Shown here: piece after piece, positions 1-14,700 of the stretch
Position numbering within the stretch: the stretch's first letter is position 1
Layout: every line of letters starts with the position of its first letter
NCBI RefSeq assembly: GCF_000150275.1
Contig: NW_002060948.1
Span: forward strand, 744,001-808,000
Source of the DNA: Trichoplax adhaerens
Taxonomy: Eukaryota; Animalia; Placozoa
DNA length: 64,000 nucleotides
Reading direction: 5' to 3'
Notes under the pieces: generated by a model
Databases searched by the model: none
Told to the model about the DNA's origin: nothing
The model's input: the letters and a program-made list of their open reading frames with translations, nothing else
Made by a program: the position numbers and the translations under genes

Positions 1-3000
1 TGTCGCTTATTCTCGACGGAAAGATGCGATAAAACATATCGTATAGATTACCTTAGTCGATTTTATAACACCGTTAAACTTGGACTCCAAATTAACGAGG
101 TAGTGACAGTAATCGTTAGTATTGTTGTAACTACAAAATGATAAGACATACTCTCTCAGTTATAGAGAATTTTTATAATTAAATATATCTCAACTAAGAA
201 TTTTTAACTAAATCTTGAACACAATCTTAATTATCTTATTCTTGACGTATTGCTAATTTAATTGTTCGAAGCATTTTTTGCTGACATAAAAAAGTTACCA
301 TTTACTGCAACATATGACCCTTACAGCAAGTTAAAACTAGTTGATGACATTTTTAAATGTTTAAAATTTTTACAGGTTACTAAAGGGCAAACTATGGCTA
401 ATATTATTCTCAATTCGGCTAATCTATTTCGATGCGATTTAAAAGGGGTACTTATTCTATTACCTCATTACATTCAAGCACTTGAAAAAATTCTACCATA
501 CAAAGAACCTAAAATAGAGGCCAATGTTCCAAAAGGGGAATTAAGGCGATCAGCTATACACATTCTTCTGTCTATAACATCATTTCCATTTCATTTTTAT
601 GATCTTCCAATTTATGGTGAGATACTAAGATACTTAGGGTTATGTTTGTGATATACAAGCGTTGACTAACCACTAATATATAATCAATATTGAATAAAAC
701 AATTTGTGCTACGTATTACTTCAGTAAGCTAATTTAATTGATAAAATCTTGTATTAACACTAACAAGTACCTGACTTACTTAAATATTATATAGACTCAT
801 CTCAAGGTGACACGAATAAACAAATGGAAGTTACAGTGTCTTCATTTCGTTTAAGAATTGTTAACCTAATGTTACAAGCTCTACAAACTGAGACTGACTC
901 GATTAATACACAAATGCTTCTTGGTGGATTCTTGTTGTTAACCGAAGATACTGTTAGCCATTGCGATCGATGGAACAATACCAAATTTGACTTAAATCAA
1001 TTTGCGAAAACTCAAGTTTCAGATGATGTTGTAAGTAGCTAAAAATTATCTAGACAACATTATATTTGAATTAAAATTTTACGGAATTTTTACTAACTTA
1101 TCACCGCGTTAGAATTCGACAGGGAGTTTAAATTTCGGGGGAACCGATAGCGTAGATTCCGGTAAACTAAAAGAATTTGATACTATAATTTTATTCTTAC
1201 AAGTAAAGTATCGCTAACTAATGGCTACCTTTGGCATATGTTTTGAAAGATACTGCTTCATTAAGCACAACATCATCTAATGCACCATTAACATCAAGAC
1301 GTTCGGCATCGATCTTAGCTGAATCCTCCCTGAAGCCACGGTCTAATACGAGAGTTGAAAGCATTTCTTCTATACCTGAACCTGTAGAGCTTGTTTTTCC
1401 GAAAAGGATCATTCCACCTGAATACGGTAACTAAGAAGCTAGATTATTTACTACGTATTTAATCCATTTCTCTGTGATTTTTAAGATAAATACCATCATT
1501 TCATCTTGATTATCGCAGATCATCCCATAAGCCTTTACTATTTGTGCGTCTTGCTTATTGGGGAAAGATTGGGACCGCTATGGAAAGGGGATTTTAGCGT
1601 AACGTTAATGGCTTTGGATGTTCTATCAAACTTTGCCCATGTCCCTATTACTGCAGGTATAGTACAGTGTTTTTTCCACTACTAGTTGTTATTTTTTGAT
1701 TTAAAAATAAGCTTTAATAGTTTGTAAACATAGAACAATAATTTTATGATCATGAAATTGGACTGTAGACGCGCTATCAAGCAAAACGGTTATTGATCGC
1801 CTATGCCAATATATTGAAAGTCAAATTAGACGCCCACCTCGATACCAATCGCGTGATTTACATTCCATGATTGTAGCATCATTTTCATGCCTCTTAAGTT
1901 GGATATCATGTCACAACCAACTGATGGAAGACAAGGTCCAGATAACTACTTTATGTTTAAAGGATGATTATTATTGAAACTCTTTTCATAATGCCTACTC
2001 GGATATAAATTTTATTTTATGTTTAGGAATGCTTAAAAACTGTTCTAGCTGTTGTTGAACAAGGTATTGCTGGAATAGTTGCCGAGGTTTGTTAATACAA
2101 TTTAATTGTCTTAAGTTTATACGATTACATATAAGCAGTACTGATACATCAATTATTCCGTGAAGGAGGAACTAAGTCATGCTGGACAAGATATTCTAAA
2201 AGGTATAAAATTTTTACTAATTACTTTATGGTTATCTATAGATGCATTTGTACATGATTTAAGTCATACGTTTTTAAAATGGTTATGAAATCAAAAAATT
2301 TCTAGGGAACAAGATGAGAAAGCCGGCCTCAGGACGAGTGAGAGAAGCAGCAGAGAGCGTTTTTTTCTACTTACTTAATCATCTGGTAAAATTTATTGTA
2401 TCTAACGGATTTATTACTGTCACAACATTTATATTTTGGTACCTAAATTTTTTAATTTAGAATGCCTTTCCATCTCCTTGTGGCCCATCTACTACTTCTT
2501 CGCTACTGAGTGAAGAAAATATATTAGATTTCGTAAACAACCTGCAACAGACTAAAGGAACTAAATCTGCATCGGAAATTAATGTTAATAAAGATGATAT
2601 TAAATATTACGCTTTACATAAGAATACAATCATAGGATTACTAGAAGTAAATTTTGAAGACGATGGAGGTACCGTATTATTCTTTACACTTGCTCTTCTC
2701 GCTGGTTTCTTCAAAAATTTTGAGATTCGTCACATATTTATACTGTCATTATTCATGTCATATTTATGAACAGTTCCTCCAACAGTTATTATCATTGTAC
2801 GAAATGCAACGGGAAAGTATGCATGGACAACGCAGCTAAGACATCTCGCATTTGAAGATTCGGTATTTATGTATAACTTTAACAAATATAATAAAGTAAA
2901 ATAAATTGACTCTGTAGAGATCAGTTGCCTGTTTTATTAAAAATTTTACAATATTAAAACTTAGCCCAAAAACTAATGTTGTTTTACTTGCCATAAATCT

Positions 3001-5072
3001 TATTTAACTTCATAGAGATTAGCAGCTAGCAATTTGCGTTATATTAGTAGACCTTCTCCAATGGATAGTTTAGGTTCTCCTGACACCATTCAACACAGTT
3101 ATTTTCCAAGTGATATCGAACGGGCACCCAAAACGGATTGGTGAGAGTTTTTATGCACTTAACATGTGAATGAGTAATGTGGTAATTTGGTATCCTTTAA
3201 TCTAATGTACAGAATGACAATTTCTAGTTCGAATAGTATTCCTCCTTTAGAGACTGTAGCGGATGCTAAGACTGCTCCAAATCAAGCCCGGTTCAAAAAA
3301 TTGCTATTTGATCAAGCAGAAATCGAGGAAGACTATATTGATAAGATTCTGCAAACTGACAATGACATCCCGTATCCAAAAGACAATATCGAAGCTAAAC
3401 AGCCAAAGTTAGTTCATTGCACGAACACACTATATTTATCAAGCTATTCATCATTAATTATGCTTAAATATGCATTACTCTACTACTAATCATTTATACT
3501 GTAGACCTCAAAAATATTTTAAAGCAGGAAGAATGCTACTAACTCAGTTAGGGTTTCTAAATCTTGATATTCTACAAGTATGGGATCCTTATCTCAAATT
3601 TTAAATATTTAATCGAATACTTTGAAATTTTTCCGTCGGCTCACACAATTTCATTACGATTAGGCTAATCCCGATAAATTCTTGGAATCTGATGAGTCCT
3701 TGAAATCTCTTGTACAGCTGAATGCCTCGGATGATTATAATCGTGAACTGCAAATTTTAGATAGTCTTCCGTGCCGTATTCACGAAGTGGTATATACGCT
3801 CTATGTCAAAAGTGGCCAAAAAAATTTGGGTGACATCGTTCGTAATATGGTAAATTTGCTTAGCTAAACTTTTTAATCGTTACTATTAACTAGTATTCGG
3901 AAAGGTAGCAATGCAATATCTACTATGTTTTTGTACAGGATAATATGAATGATCTCAACAAAGATTTCATCAAATTTGTTCATTCTCTGGGGTGGTCGAT
4001 GGATCAAAATACTTATCCGAATTGGCGTATTGATGTTTATTCTAAAAAGCCATTTAGTCGGCAATGCAGTTTATCCGATGAACGATCACTTTACAAGGAA
4101 GAGATAGAAACATCTGATATGACAGATAACGCCAAAGAGACGTCCGATTTTAAGAAACTTAGTAGGAACTCGATGTTTTACTATGGGGACGCGATATCTG
4201 AAATTGCCATTGTCCTTGTGGGGGCTAATATTTATCCGAAATTTAGAGCTGTAGATATGAGCTCAGTAGAACTAGGCCATGCTTCTAAAAAACTCATAGA
4301 GATGGCACCTTTAGCTGAAATCGAAAGCTTGACTCCGTTAAAGAAACGAAGGCCAGTTCTATCTAGAGATACATCTAGGGGAAAATTAAATCGGCCAAAT
4401 GCCACTAGTCAAGTAACCGATCATGAAACTATCATAGTTTGGCTTGAAAAATTTGAAGATTATCTAACCTATCCTATAGAAGAAACCTTGCGCGAACTAG
4501 GTATCGCTAGCCATCAAGCTGATGGAACCCGGCGTGGAAGCTCTAGTAACATGAATAACAAAGGAGTTGAGTGGGAAACTACCATTATTTTCGTTTATCC
4601 TTTGCAAAATGGCCTTTATCGAATTCATCTGACATTGACCTCAGTATCGAAGTTAGTAAAATTGCGTGCTATTCTTGTAATTGATATGTTAGCTAAGTAT
4701 TATCTTAACGCTATAATGTATTCTAAATTTTATTAATAAATAAATTTATTTAGGGGTGGCATAGCGGGTCCATTAATTCATGGCATGGCTGTTAGCAAAA
4801 ATGTTTTAGGAAAACTTACTAGGCAGACTATACATAATATTGCCAACAGACAACGCCTTGAAGTAGAATCGTGAGTATGGCCCTAGTGGTCAGAAAGTAA
4901 TATATACATGCACGAATGTATTCAATTACAAACATATGTAAAAATATAACTTTTTCCGATACGTTCTAGAGCAAGCTCACCTTTTTTGATCCGAAGAAAT
5001 AAGATACAAGAAATTGTAAAAAAGCATCAGACTAAAGTAAATTTTCCGGATTATTACGTATCATCCTTCTAA
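1..5072 (+). CDS. RALGAPB: Ral GTPase-activating protein subunit beta, multi-exon, 5' part outside the window
   Basis: Spliced exons give CRLFS...YLSRFY, ANIILNSANLFRCDLKGVLILLPHYIQALEKILP, HSMIVASFSCLLSWI, KPASGRVREAAES, VIIIVRNATGKYAWTTQLRH, IIVWLEKFED and a C-terminal GPLIHGMAVSKNVLGKLTRQT...RRNKIQEIVKK...YYVSSF* (TAA 5070-5072). These match recalled RALGAPB segments. Confidence 0.9.
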
Positions 5073-6739
5073 AGTATAGATCTGCATCTGTAGCAGCCTA
5101 CAATCACGACAGGATTTATTCATATCCTACAATTGGTCGCTATACTTCTCTTTTAATGATGAATTTAATCCCTATAGGGTCCAGTACCTACTTATACTTT
5201 TCACATTGTATCTGTGGTGTATTATACAAGTTTATGTGGAACATGTTAGAAAATGTATAGAAATAACTGTTAGAACACTAACAAAATATTATACATCTGT
5301 TTGTATTAACGAACAATTGTTAAATTTTCAAAATTTATTATATATAAGTGTAAATGTGCCAAGTCAAGAAATAGACACGATACTGTAGTACTGATTTAAT
5401 TGAGCAATTTCAGATCATAAGTTGGTAATAATGCATCTTAGCTGTAAATACATTTGTTATGGTTCTGAACTTCTGATTGGCATTTTAGTTTTAATTTGTT
5501 TAGATTGGATTGAAAATGTGCTTCAATTTTAATGTACAGAATTTTATGGATACCAAAGAAAATACCTGAGGATTTATGAATTTTATTACCGTATTTATAA
5601 AATCTCTTTCAGTAAAGTTTTCAAATCATAAACAATATAGCAGGTCATTAGAATGTCTAGCATGACAGGAATGGTAGCTTAAATATGTTGTTACAAAATC
5701 TTATAGCTTGCTAGGGTGCCTTGAATATACCGTATGAAAAATTTTCGTTAGTTAATGCTACTGTACATTGTACAGGTTTGAGCGAGCCGAAGGTGGAACC
5801 TATATGAAAATATAGTTGCATCAATTCAGGTGTAATGTGTAACTACAGTACAGTATGAAAACTCTTTGTCAGCTTATTATTGAAGAGTCTTCGATCTAGT
5901 ACTGTATCTACTTGGTCGTGTTCATTTTACTTATTGCATATTGAATGTAGCATACGTGCAATGCTCGAAGTAGCAACCGATAAATTTTTTATGCGAGTAT
6001 TCAAAAGAACCAGTCCGTATGAAGAGGAAATATGCACAGTTGTATACTTAGCCGCTCGGATAATAGACATTACTCTCGGGATAGAGCTTTGTATATACTG
6101 TATATGATGTAAGTCCTGTATGAAATCATATTAGTTATATATGGGAGCTTCATTTTGTAAAATCAATTTCCATTTCATACACAGGAGAGTAGAGGTATTT
6201 TAATAATTTGGAATGGGTTACATGTATAGAGGCAAAAATGAATATATCATAGGGGGCTACTAAGCAATAAATAAACCTCCAGTGTAACATTAAGTATCCT
6301 TTGAAACTTCTCGGAAACCTAAGAGAAGCAGAAAGTGGCATCAAATGGATTATACATTACAAATAATTGTGGAAAACTGATTAGAAGTGTTCGCGTTTTG
6401 TAATAATCTCAATACTCAAAGTGATTTTATATTTATCACTTTACACAGGACAGGTTTCCTTATTATTACGCTGACTTACAGCAACTACTACACGTGCTGG
6501 TAAGTCATCAATATATCGAAGTCTGTGATACAAAGTATAACAACTTTACAGAAAACGATGAATAAAATTAGTTATTCATTTTGAATTTAATTTCCCTAAT
6601 TTATTTATCTCGAAAACCAAACTAAATCGCCCGCAAGTCTTAGTGGCTTTACATCCGTCTCTGTAACAATATTACTGGCGGAAGTCTATTGCATCAGTAC
6701 CGGTCCATTATCTATACGCACACTATGGCTACGCTCAGC

Positions 6740-6810
6740 ATACTGTACATACAGTATACTGTTTATATATATACATATACAGTATACTGTACATTATAAA
6801 GTATACTGAG
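6740..6810. promoter_or_regulatory. Cluster of TACAGTA/TACTGTA motifs upstream of TEX30
   Basis: Four copies (6742, 6750, 6778, 6785) lie ~110-160 bp before the TEX30 ATG. Confidence 0.4.
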
Positions 6811-6903
6811 TATAGTATTTTGTTATTGTTTTTACTGTTTTTTATATTTGCAGTTTTAGGATAACACTTCCCCGTCTAGTTGATACCTCAGCAACAAGGA
6901 AGG

Positions 6904-8397
6904 ATGTCGAAACTACAAGAAGTAAGTTTGCAATAGATGAATTGATCAATCGATTAGTATGCGTGTGATATCATGAGTATAGTGGATCTGATACTGTCGT
7001 ACTGAACTACTGTTGTTTCATCGATAAAATATTCCGTATTCAGCCACGTTGCAGAGCTGTGATCATCAAAACAAACTGCTGGAGATAAATTGTCGTTTAG
7101 GATGGCGTGGATAGATTTGAGGGCTGAATGCCCTAAGCTTAGCTTTTGCCAGCATATACTGTATTCTGTTAGACCTAGTTGTATCTACAATATTGTGTGA
7201 GTAGAATGGTTTATCCATCATGATTGTGATATGATTACGAAACTTATGGTTGTTCAAATACAGCATGTGCTACACGATAGCTCAAACTTGTAAATTTTCT
7301 ACCTGTTTGCAGTTTGATCATCTGATTGACTAGTTTTGTTATAATCGTAAACGAGTTAAATCGTCCTTTCACTCTAATTTTTTTTAATATGAAGAAATCT
7401 CTGGCAATTCCTCACAAAGGAAAAGTTCTTGATGCAATCATTACCATACCACCGAAAGGATTTAAATCTGGTCATGGTGTTATTTTAACCCATGGAGCTG
7501 GAGGTGACATGAACTACGAACATCTTAAGGTTTTAGCTAAACATTTGGCAGAGAACGGCATTGCATGTCTCCGTTTTACATGCAAACCAACGGTCATGCG
7601 AACGCGTGTTAACGCAATGACTTCAGTTCTGGTATTCGTTGCTATTAGCAGTACTATTTCAGCTCCTTACAGTAATTACTTACGGTATTCTTTATTCTAT
7701 CAAACTAGGACTTTTGGAAGCAGTCAACTGAATATCCACTGAAAAAGTGCTTTCTTGCAGGTAAGGGATATCCGTCAGTTCTTGTGTACTGTACTCAGCA
7801 GTCATGGAGCATTCCCATGTCAGTTGAGCATCTAGGGTACGCGCTGTAAGCATTTGTTGTAATGCTAGCTATACTTGTTCAATGAGTTAAAAGCTAAGTA
7901 AGTTTCTGTGCACGATACGTTTTACCGGACGTTCACTTTTAAAATTAAAATTAATTAATAAACTGTAATATCGGCTAGGTCGATCAATGGGATCACGAGT
8001 TGCAGCAACGCTTGCTGAAGAATTAACTCGCGCAAAAGATCAATTTATTGTCGGTGTCATTTGCTTATCATATCCACTGCATCCACCTAACAAGACTACC
8101 GAAATTAGACATTTGCAACCTGGTGTACCTGTTTTGTTTGTTAATGGTAAGCGCGATGCATTATGCGACGCAAAACTGATGGAAAAGGAAGTTCAAAATT
8201 TGCAATGTCAGTATCAGTTACATTGGATCGATGGTGCCGATCATAGCGTACGAGTAAAAGGGAGGAAACCAAGTGATATCTTGCAAGAGCTATGCACTAC
8301 TGTCGTGGATTGGTGCCACGAGATTTTAAGTGAAGGCGATGCTAAACCTACTATCCGCAAGAAAGCAAAAACTGTCAAAGATTACTTTAAAAAGTAA
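6904..8397 (+). CDS. TEX30: Testis-expressed protein 30-like alpha/beta hydrolase (4 exons: 6904-6921, 7395-7631, 7709-7760, 7979-8397)
   Basis: GVILTHGAGGDMN, CLRFTCK, nucleophile motif G-R-S-M-G across the exon 3/4 junction, GVICLSYPLHPP, VLFVNGKRDALC and HWIDGADHS (Ser-Asp-His triad). Splice phases are consistent. Confidence 0.9.
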
Positions 8398-9111
8398 ATT
8401 TTTCATCAGTTAGTAATCAATAACTCCCTGTACTGTATGATAGACTCTATGCAGAACTTATTTTTGAACCTGCCTCAGAAATGCATTCAAGTTTACCTTT
8501 ATCCACGTATTTATGCAAAATATCAAATAAATAAACATGCATACACAGTAGCAGGTAATTACAGAAATCTTCTTGAATCTCCGTCTATTATACAGTACAA
8601 GACAATCCACTGTTGCGTGAATAAGAAAAATAATCGAATGAATCTATTATCCATCTACCCACATCATGCATTAAAACCCTTAGTAAGTAGTAAAGTATAA
8701 ATGAAGTCATTTAATTGGATGAACCAAAAAATTTCAACATCACAGAGATTTGCGTCTTCTAGTAGTAGTCCATATACCAGTACAATACGCGTATAATACA
8801 GTAGAATATCACATTGTAAATTGTCAATTTAAGCCATTAATTTCATGATATAAATTCAGTATAAAAGATATTTGCATCTTCCACTTGCTATCTGAGCATT
8901 AAATACAGTAAAAATGGCATTGTACATTGGAAACTTTGTAGTCAAGACATCGCCAATTCGATTTTTGTCGATATCAAGAAAAAATAAATAGCAATCATCT
9001 GGAATCTACTACTAGACTAGCTCATTTGAAATGTAGTCCTATGATAGATAGTATGATTCAGATATACAGTGCATAATTTGCAGAGCATTGACTGATCGAT
9101 AAATTATATAA

Positions 9112-9618
9112 TCAGTCTACTAGAGGATTAACATCGTAATCAATCATTTTCCTATCTAAGATTAACCATTTTTGGAGGAAGCCGATATCTTCGATTTTAT
9201 CGTAGTATGTCCAAAAACCTGATTGAAGATTATGACAAGTATATTCATAATTTTTACAAATTTCGTTAGCGTCCTGCCGTATAACTAACGAGAATAAACC
9301 CAAACTAACATAAGTTAATAAATTTTCATTCTGCAAATATAATAATCGATCGATGTGAGCATCCGATGAAGGATTGCGTGTTAAACGGCTTAACAAGGAT
9401 AAAGCATTGCCACATTGCTGTAATTCTGCATCGAAGGACTTTTCATCAGGATTTTGGTGCCAAATATAACCAAAAACACCGGCAAATATACCTAAAAATA
9501 TCGGTCTACTAGGTTTTCTATAGCAACTTTTGGCTATTCCTGTAAATACATCTTCATAATCGCGATAAATATTAATTAATGGATTGCCTAACTTGGTGAA
9601 TAATTTTCTTGTAGCCAT
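9112..9618 (-). CDS. TIMM29: Mitochondrial import inner membrane translocase subunit Tim29 (intronless CDS, 168 aa)
   Basis: RDY...KP..., a TM segment, NPDEKSF, LSLLSRLTRNPSSDAHIDRL, YVSLGLFSLV, C..LQ..W and DIGF..KW.IL...M.DYDVN form the Tim29 family pattern. Confidence 0.85.
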   Translation of the reverse strand: MATRKLFTKLGNPLINIYRDYEDVFTGIAKSCYRKPSRPIFLGIFAGVFGYIWHQNPDEKSFDAELQQCGNALSLLSRLTRNPSSDAHIDRLLYLQNENLLTYVSLGLFSLVIRQDANEICKNYEYTCHNLQSGFWTYYDKIEDIGFLQKWLILDRKMIDYDVNPLVD

Positions 9619-9945
9619 TGCACTTGGTGAAGCGATATGTCGTAGTACTGCACAGGCAATAGTGTTGAACCCCTAGCCTGGCCTGGCCCCTGGTCAGTGG
9701 GGAGGGTTGAGGCTTGAAAGATGGTGTAACATGGCCATGACTGCGCCTGCGTCATCTTTCTGGACTTGCGTACTGTACTGCAGGTCAAATTGGATTTCGC
9801 GGGAAATTTACTACAGCCTTGTCTGTAGTAAACTACTATAGCACTTGAAACAAGAGCTAGCAATACAAGATAGACTATGAAAATGAACCACGTATGATAG
9901 AAACTTCCGTGCAGATCTTCCGCAGTAGATACGAAGAAGGCGAGC

Positions 9946-11300
9946 ATGTCGGGTGAAATTGTTATCCAAGATTTTAGCGAACGCAAATGTGCTAAATTGC
10001 ATCTACTACCTTGTACAATTGATTATAATGGTCAAGCAAATATCGATTCTTACTTTGAACCAACTATTAAGAAGAATGGCGAAGGTGAATACCAGTTCTA
10101 AATGTACTTTCCAACATGAAACAAATACTGTAACTAGCAGCTAGAAAGCTCTCGATCGAGCTGTAAACAGTATTTTGATAATCATTTCTTGCTGGTGTAA
10201 AATTCTATCATCGTCTTCAATTATTGTGGTATTGTATACATGTATCATGCAATCCTGTAGCAGTAGACTATAGAGAATCGTTATGCTTGGTATTCATAAA
10301 TTCATCTCAAATTTAAATCAAATAGATTTATCAGCAACCTATCGTGGTCGACCTCTCTGTGGCGCTAAGATGGAGGTCCCCGACAACTACATCGGTAACG
10401 GATACTCTATTCTATACCTATAATTTGAAATTAATCAAAGTATCCGTTCATTAACTACAAAGCAAATACGTATGGATACAGTATAGAAAATGTAGAATAT
10501 TGTATAGTCTATACCATCTTATAATTCCAGCTATGATACAAGTAATTAGGAAATTACCCGTGCTATAGATTAAGCTTAAAAAACTAATCGATCCGGCGAT
10601 ATATTACTGTAACGCCATCAGCTCTACGGTTTACTACTATACTGTAGACGTAGTAGCGTATAAACATGCACATCATATCATCCAGTGATACAGCTAATTA
10701 GGAGCTAATATGCTAACAGCATGTGCAGTAATTTATCTCGCTCTTAGAAGAAAATCACATTCATCTTGTTTTTATGACAATAATTGACTATGCTTAAGGT
10801 TACATAGTAAATTTCATCGCTGTTATGGACGCATTTCCAGAGTCAAGATGTTTGTTGATTAAGTTTACGTTAATTCTGTACTAGGATGCGTTCTAAAAGA
10901 AACACAGAAGCCATTTGGTGAAGATGAGGTATCAAATCTAACAGGAAAATTAAGATTAAAATAACTGTGGAATGTCCCAATCATCCTATTAAAAATGCAG
11001 TTATTTGTGAAACTCTTTTGATTTCTTTTAAAGGATCGACGATTAAAAATCTCCAGCCATTTTAAGGAATTGACGTACTGGAATCTTGATAACCGAACTT
11101 CAGTTAATGATAAATTACAAAAAGCGATACTATGGACGAAAATTGCTACAGCGGTTAGTTTACTGTGCAGTTGCTCTATTATTTCATATGCCACCATAGT
11201 GCAAATTCCACATTTTACAATAATGCAATATCAATATCTCTCTAAACAAAGATATACTCTTTTCTTAATTGGTTAGATACATAAATCCGAAGATACCTAG
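9946..11300 (+). CDS. RNASEH2C: Ribonuclease H2 subunit C (5 exons: 9946-10084, 10326-10394, 10885-10928, 11034-11153, 11277-11300)
   Basis: Spliced product MSGEIV...LHLLPCTIDYNGQANIDSYF...ATYRGRPLCG..MEVPDNYIGCVLKE...FKELTYWNLD...KAILWTKIATAIH*. This reading frame is absent from the ORF track. Confidence 0.9.
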
Positions 11301-11720
11301 GATTAACAGCAGAGATATTAACTAAATATGATTTCAACCTCCAAAGTTAACAAAGTGACTGAAGTATCTTTCTACTGTGACCCACACAGAACTTAGCAAA
11401 ATAGCGTTACATGTATTATATCCTTGATATCGAGTACATGAAAGGGAATATTAAGGTGTATGACTTTATCGATTAATTTTTAGATTAACAGAAATCAGGT
11501 AAATTTTAGCTATTAATAATTGTATCCTTTTGTATATATTATTTAAACTAAAGTTAACAGTAAAACTTGCTCCTAGTAAAAATAAAATGAAAGAGGATTT
11601 TTATTTGCATAAATGACTTCGCCTTACGCGCATAACACGATTGCAACCACCCTTAGAAACATTTTTAAAGGTAATTTAATTTTAAAAGGAAAAGTATATT
11701 ATCCATTAATCACTAAGCAC

Positions 11721-14700
11721 TCAGTAATCATGATTAGCGATTTCTTTCTCCCAAAGACCAAACAAATCTTCATCAAAACTGGGAAATCTATCGACGAAAG
11801 ACTTGATCATTCCTTCTACGTTCGATTCATATTCAGTAAAATCAACTTCATCTTCGCCTGCAATATTAATAGCATATGTGACATAATTTAGTGTGAAGAT
11901 TGCTGCCTTGTTATCCAATTAAAAGTATTCAATCTTTGATGTCGCATAATCATTATAAATTAATTATTTATTACACACCATTAACTGAAGTATGACACTG
12001 AACAAACATGGGTCGTGGCTGTTTACGATTCAGAACAATATTTCTGAACTTTATTAATGGAAGGTTCGGCTGTTCAGCTACTGTTGAGTAATGCTCATAC
12101 ATCGACTTGGCAGCCTCGTAATCACCAGTCGCTTTATAAACCTGTAATCATTTGACAAGTTAACTAAACAATTTTGCTATAAATGAAACCTAATTTGCTT
12201 GAATTGTATACGTGTATAATACTAACCTGCATTTTACATAAAAATTTGCCTATTGCATCTTTACCGTCCGTCGCTATGCGGTCTCTGTTTAAGGTAATAA
12301 GCAAATCAGGCTTACCATCTTCTCCAGTCATTTCTGAAATAGTCACGACTGCAGCATCAATTAACACGCGGGTGATAACAAATCGAGCCTGCATGTGCGC
12401 CTAACATATGACAGGAAACTTCAGCTTAACAACATTCAGTAATTACAATTTAAAAGTTTCAGTATAACCTGTTTCCAAGAGTTTGTTTCTGGAGTAAAAA
12501 ATTCTAATCCAAGAAGTCCACCGCGTACCATAAGCAACCAATTAACATATTTAACAGTTTCAGCAGCTTCTCCTTCATGACCAAATATTCTAAATAGATC
12601 AAAATATTAGCAATTATACCATAATTAAATTTAAAGATTTCCACAGCTGATAATTAGAAAATAGCATGGAAATAGTTAAAAAACCTTAGTACTTTATCTA
12701 AGAGACAGAGATATAATCCTACGCATTCAGCGCGACACTCTTCGTAAGAAGAACTCAATGATACAAATTTAGAATCATAAGTTTCACCGGGTTTATACCA
12801 CTTTTCAACCTTCAGTAAAAAGTCGTAATAATAACACACAAAGAGGATATTTCAAAAATTGAAAACATAATTTCAACCGCGTACACTGCATAGGGACTAT
12901 CAAATAATCAAATTAATTTACCTTCTCCCCAGTTAGAGGATTTAGGATATCACAGTCAAAATCAAATGACCCATCTTCGAGCTAAGGAAAGGAAATTATT
13001 TACCATAATTTAATCATGGCTAATTTCGCGTAATTATCAATCTGCCTACAGTACCTGAGAAAATAATTTACCACTTCCGTGACCTAGTAACTCATGCAAG
13101 CCGACCTGAACCTCAAATGCAGGGCCTTTCAATTCTTTGTATAGTTCCTAAAATAAATACCCCATAGCGAAAACATCGTCATATTTTCTAATTGGATATT
13201 CAGCTACATATTCGTATTGCAAAAAGTAACCTGATCCTTTTCTGACAAGAAAGTGACTGCCTTATTGCTCCCATACGATGATAGGACATTGCCTAGTGAT
13301 ACATTTTTAAATCCTTCTGTCTGACGAATGTCATCATCTAATTTAAGTCATGTGCCGGTAAATATCATTCGGTTAGAATAACGCGATATACTGTATGTTA
13401 CCATGTAATTGGAATATCACGTACATTTATGGGATAGAAATCCTAAAATAACACAGCCACACAGATACTTACAGTTTGGGATATTGATCCCAGCTGGAAT
13501 ACCACTGCCAGAAAAGCCAACGATATCCAATGAAGTAAAATCAGGCTTTAAAAAAGTATCTTTCTCAAATGTCTTTGGCCACGGTAGTTCATCGAGTAAA
13601 GTTTCAGCAGAGTTCACCAATTCCGAGAACTTAATACTCATGGGCTTGTTAACCACGGCAACGAATCCTACAAGATTATATTTTAAAATATTTACTCTGA
13701 TATGCAACATTTATTGAGTGCAATGACGCTGTACAAACTTTGTTTACAGTTAATAATAATTTTTATCATCTGAAAACCTTCAAATTCTCCACGAATACCA
13801 TATGGATCACGATAAGTCTCAATGAAACCAATATAACTAAAGGAGATCAATTAAAGCATCTTCATTTAATAACGAAATAGAGTAAAAAAATTACACGCAT
13901 GTGAAGATTTTACTAACACTTCGATAATTGGGCCTTTATTTTTAATCCAAAATCGGGAACCGTTTTTGTGAGATTCTATACTTCCAGTTGTGAAGCTATG
14001 GGAATATTCCTCTAACATCGATATCTCATTGTTATTGGAAGCATAATTCTAATTTATAAGTAACAACAACATCAATTAATAGATAAGATTTACAGAGAAA
14101 TAAACATAATAGAAGTAACCTTGGCAGCTTGTAGGTTTTTTACTAATCTTTTCATTAACGGCGCATAATCTCCTCGAGTAATTAGTATTTCGCATCCTTT
14201 GTAAGTGTGCTTTCCTAACAGCTTTGCCATGGTATCTTCTCTACCTTGGCTATCTCGATATGCTTCTTCTACGGTATTGTATAATTACATGAATTAGATA
14301 TTAGCAAGACAAGCAATTCAACAAGCTATACAATAATCAGGTGTGGATCTACGATAAGCATAAGTTGTATTGAAATCATTGAGCTAACTATCTATTCGTT
14401 TCATGATTATAAGCTACTGCCTTTACATACCAGATTTTTCAGCTGATGCAATCTTTAACTCATATTGTACTTTAGAACCATTTTCGTATTTGAATAACCT
14501 TGTATTGTAGGGAGATATATCCTAAACCAAAAGTAAAAGCAGCAATTAAGTACAGATCATTAAAAGGTGATCTAAATTAACATTTAATCTATTATCCTAG
14601 CTATGAATAAAATATTAGCCTTCAAATGGTATTAGACTGCAATAGAGATATAATTTATATTGTAAAGTATACGTGTATTTTAATACTTGCACAGCCTCTA

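Noticed and set aside
9588-9986. 132-aa minus-strand ORF overlapping the TIMM29 and RNASEH2C starts
   Set aside because: No recognisable homology; it crosses a GC-richer promoter where stops are rarer and lies antisense to RNASEH2C exon 1.
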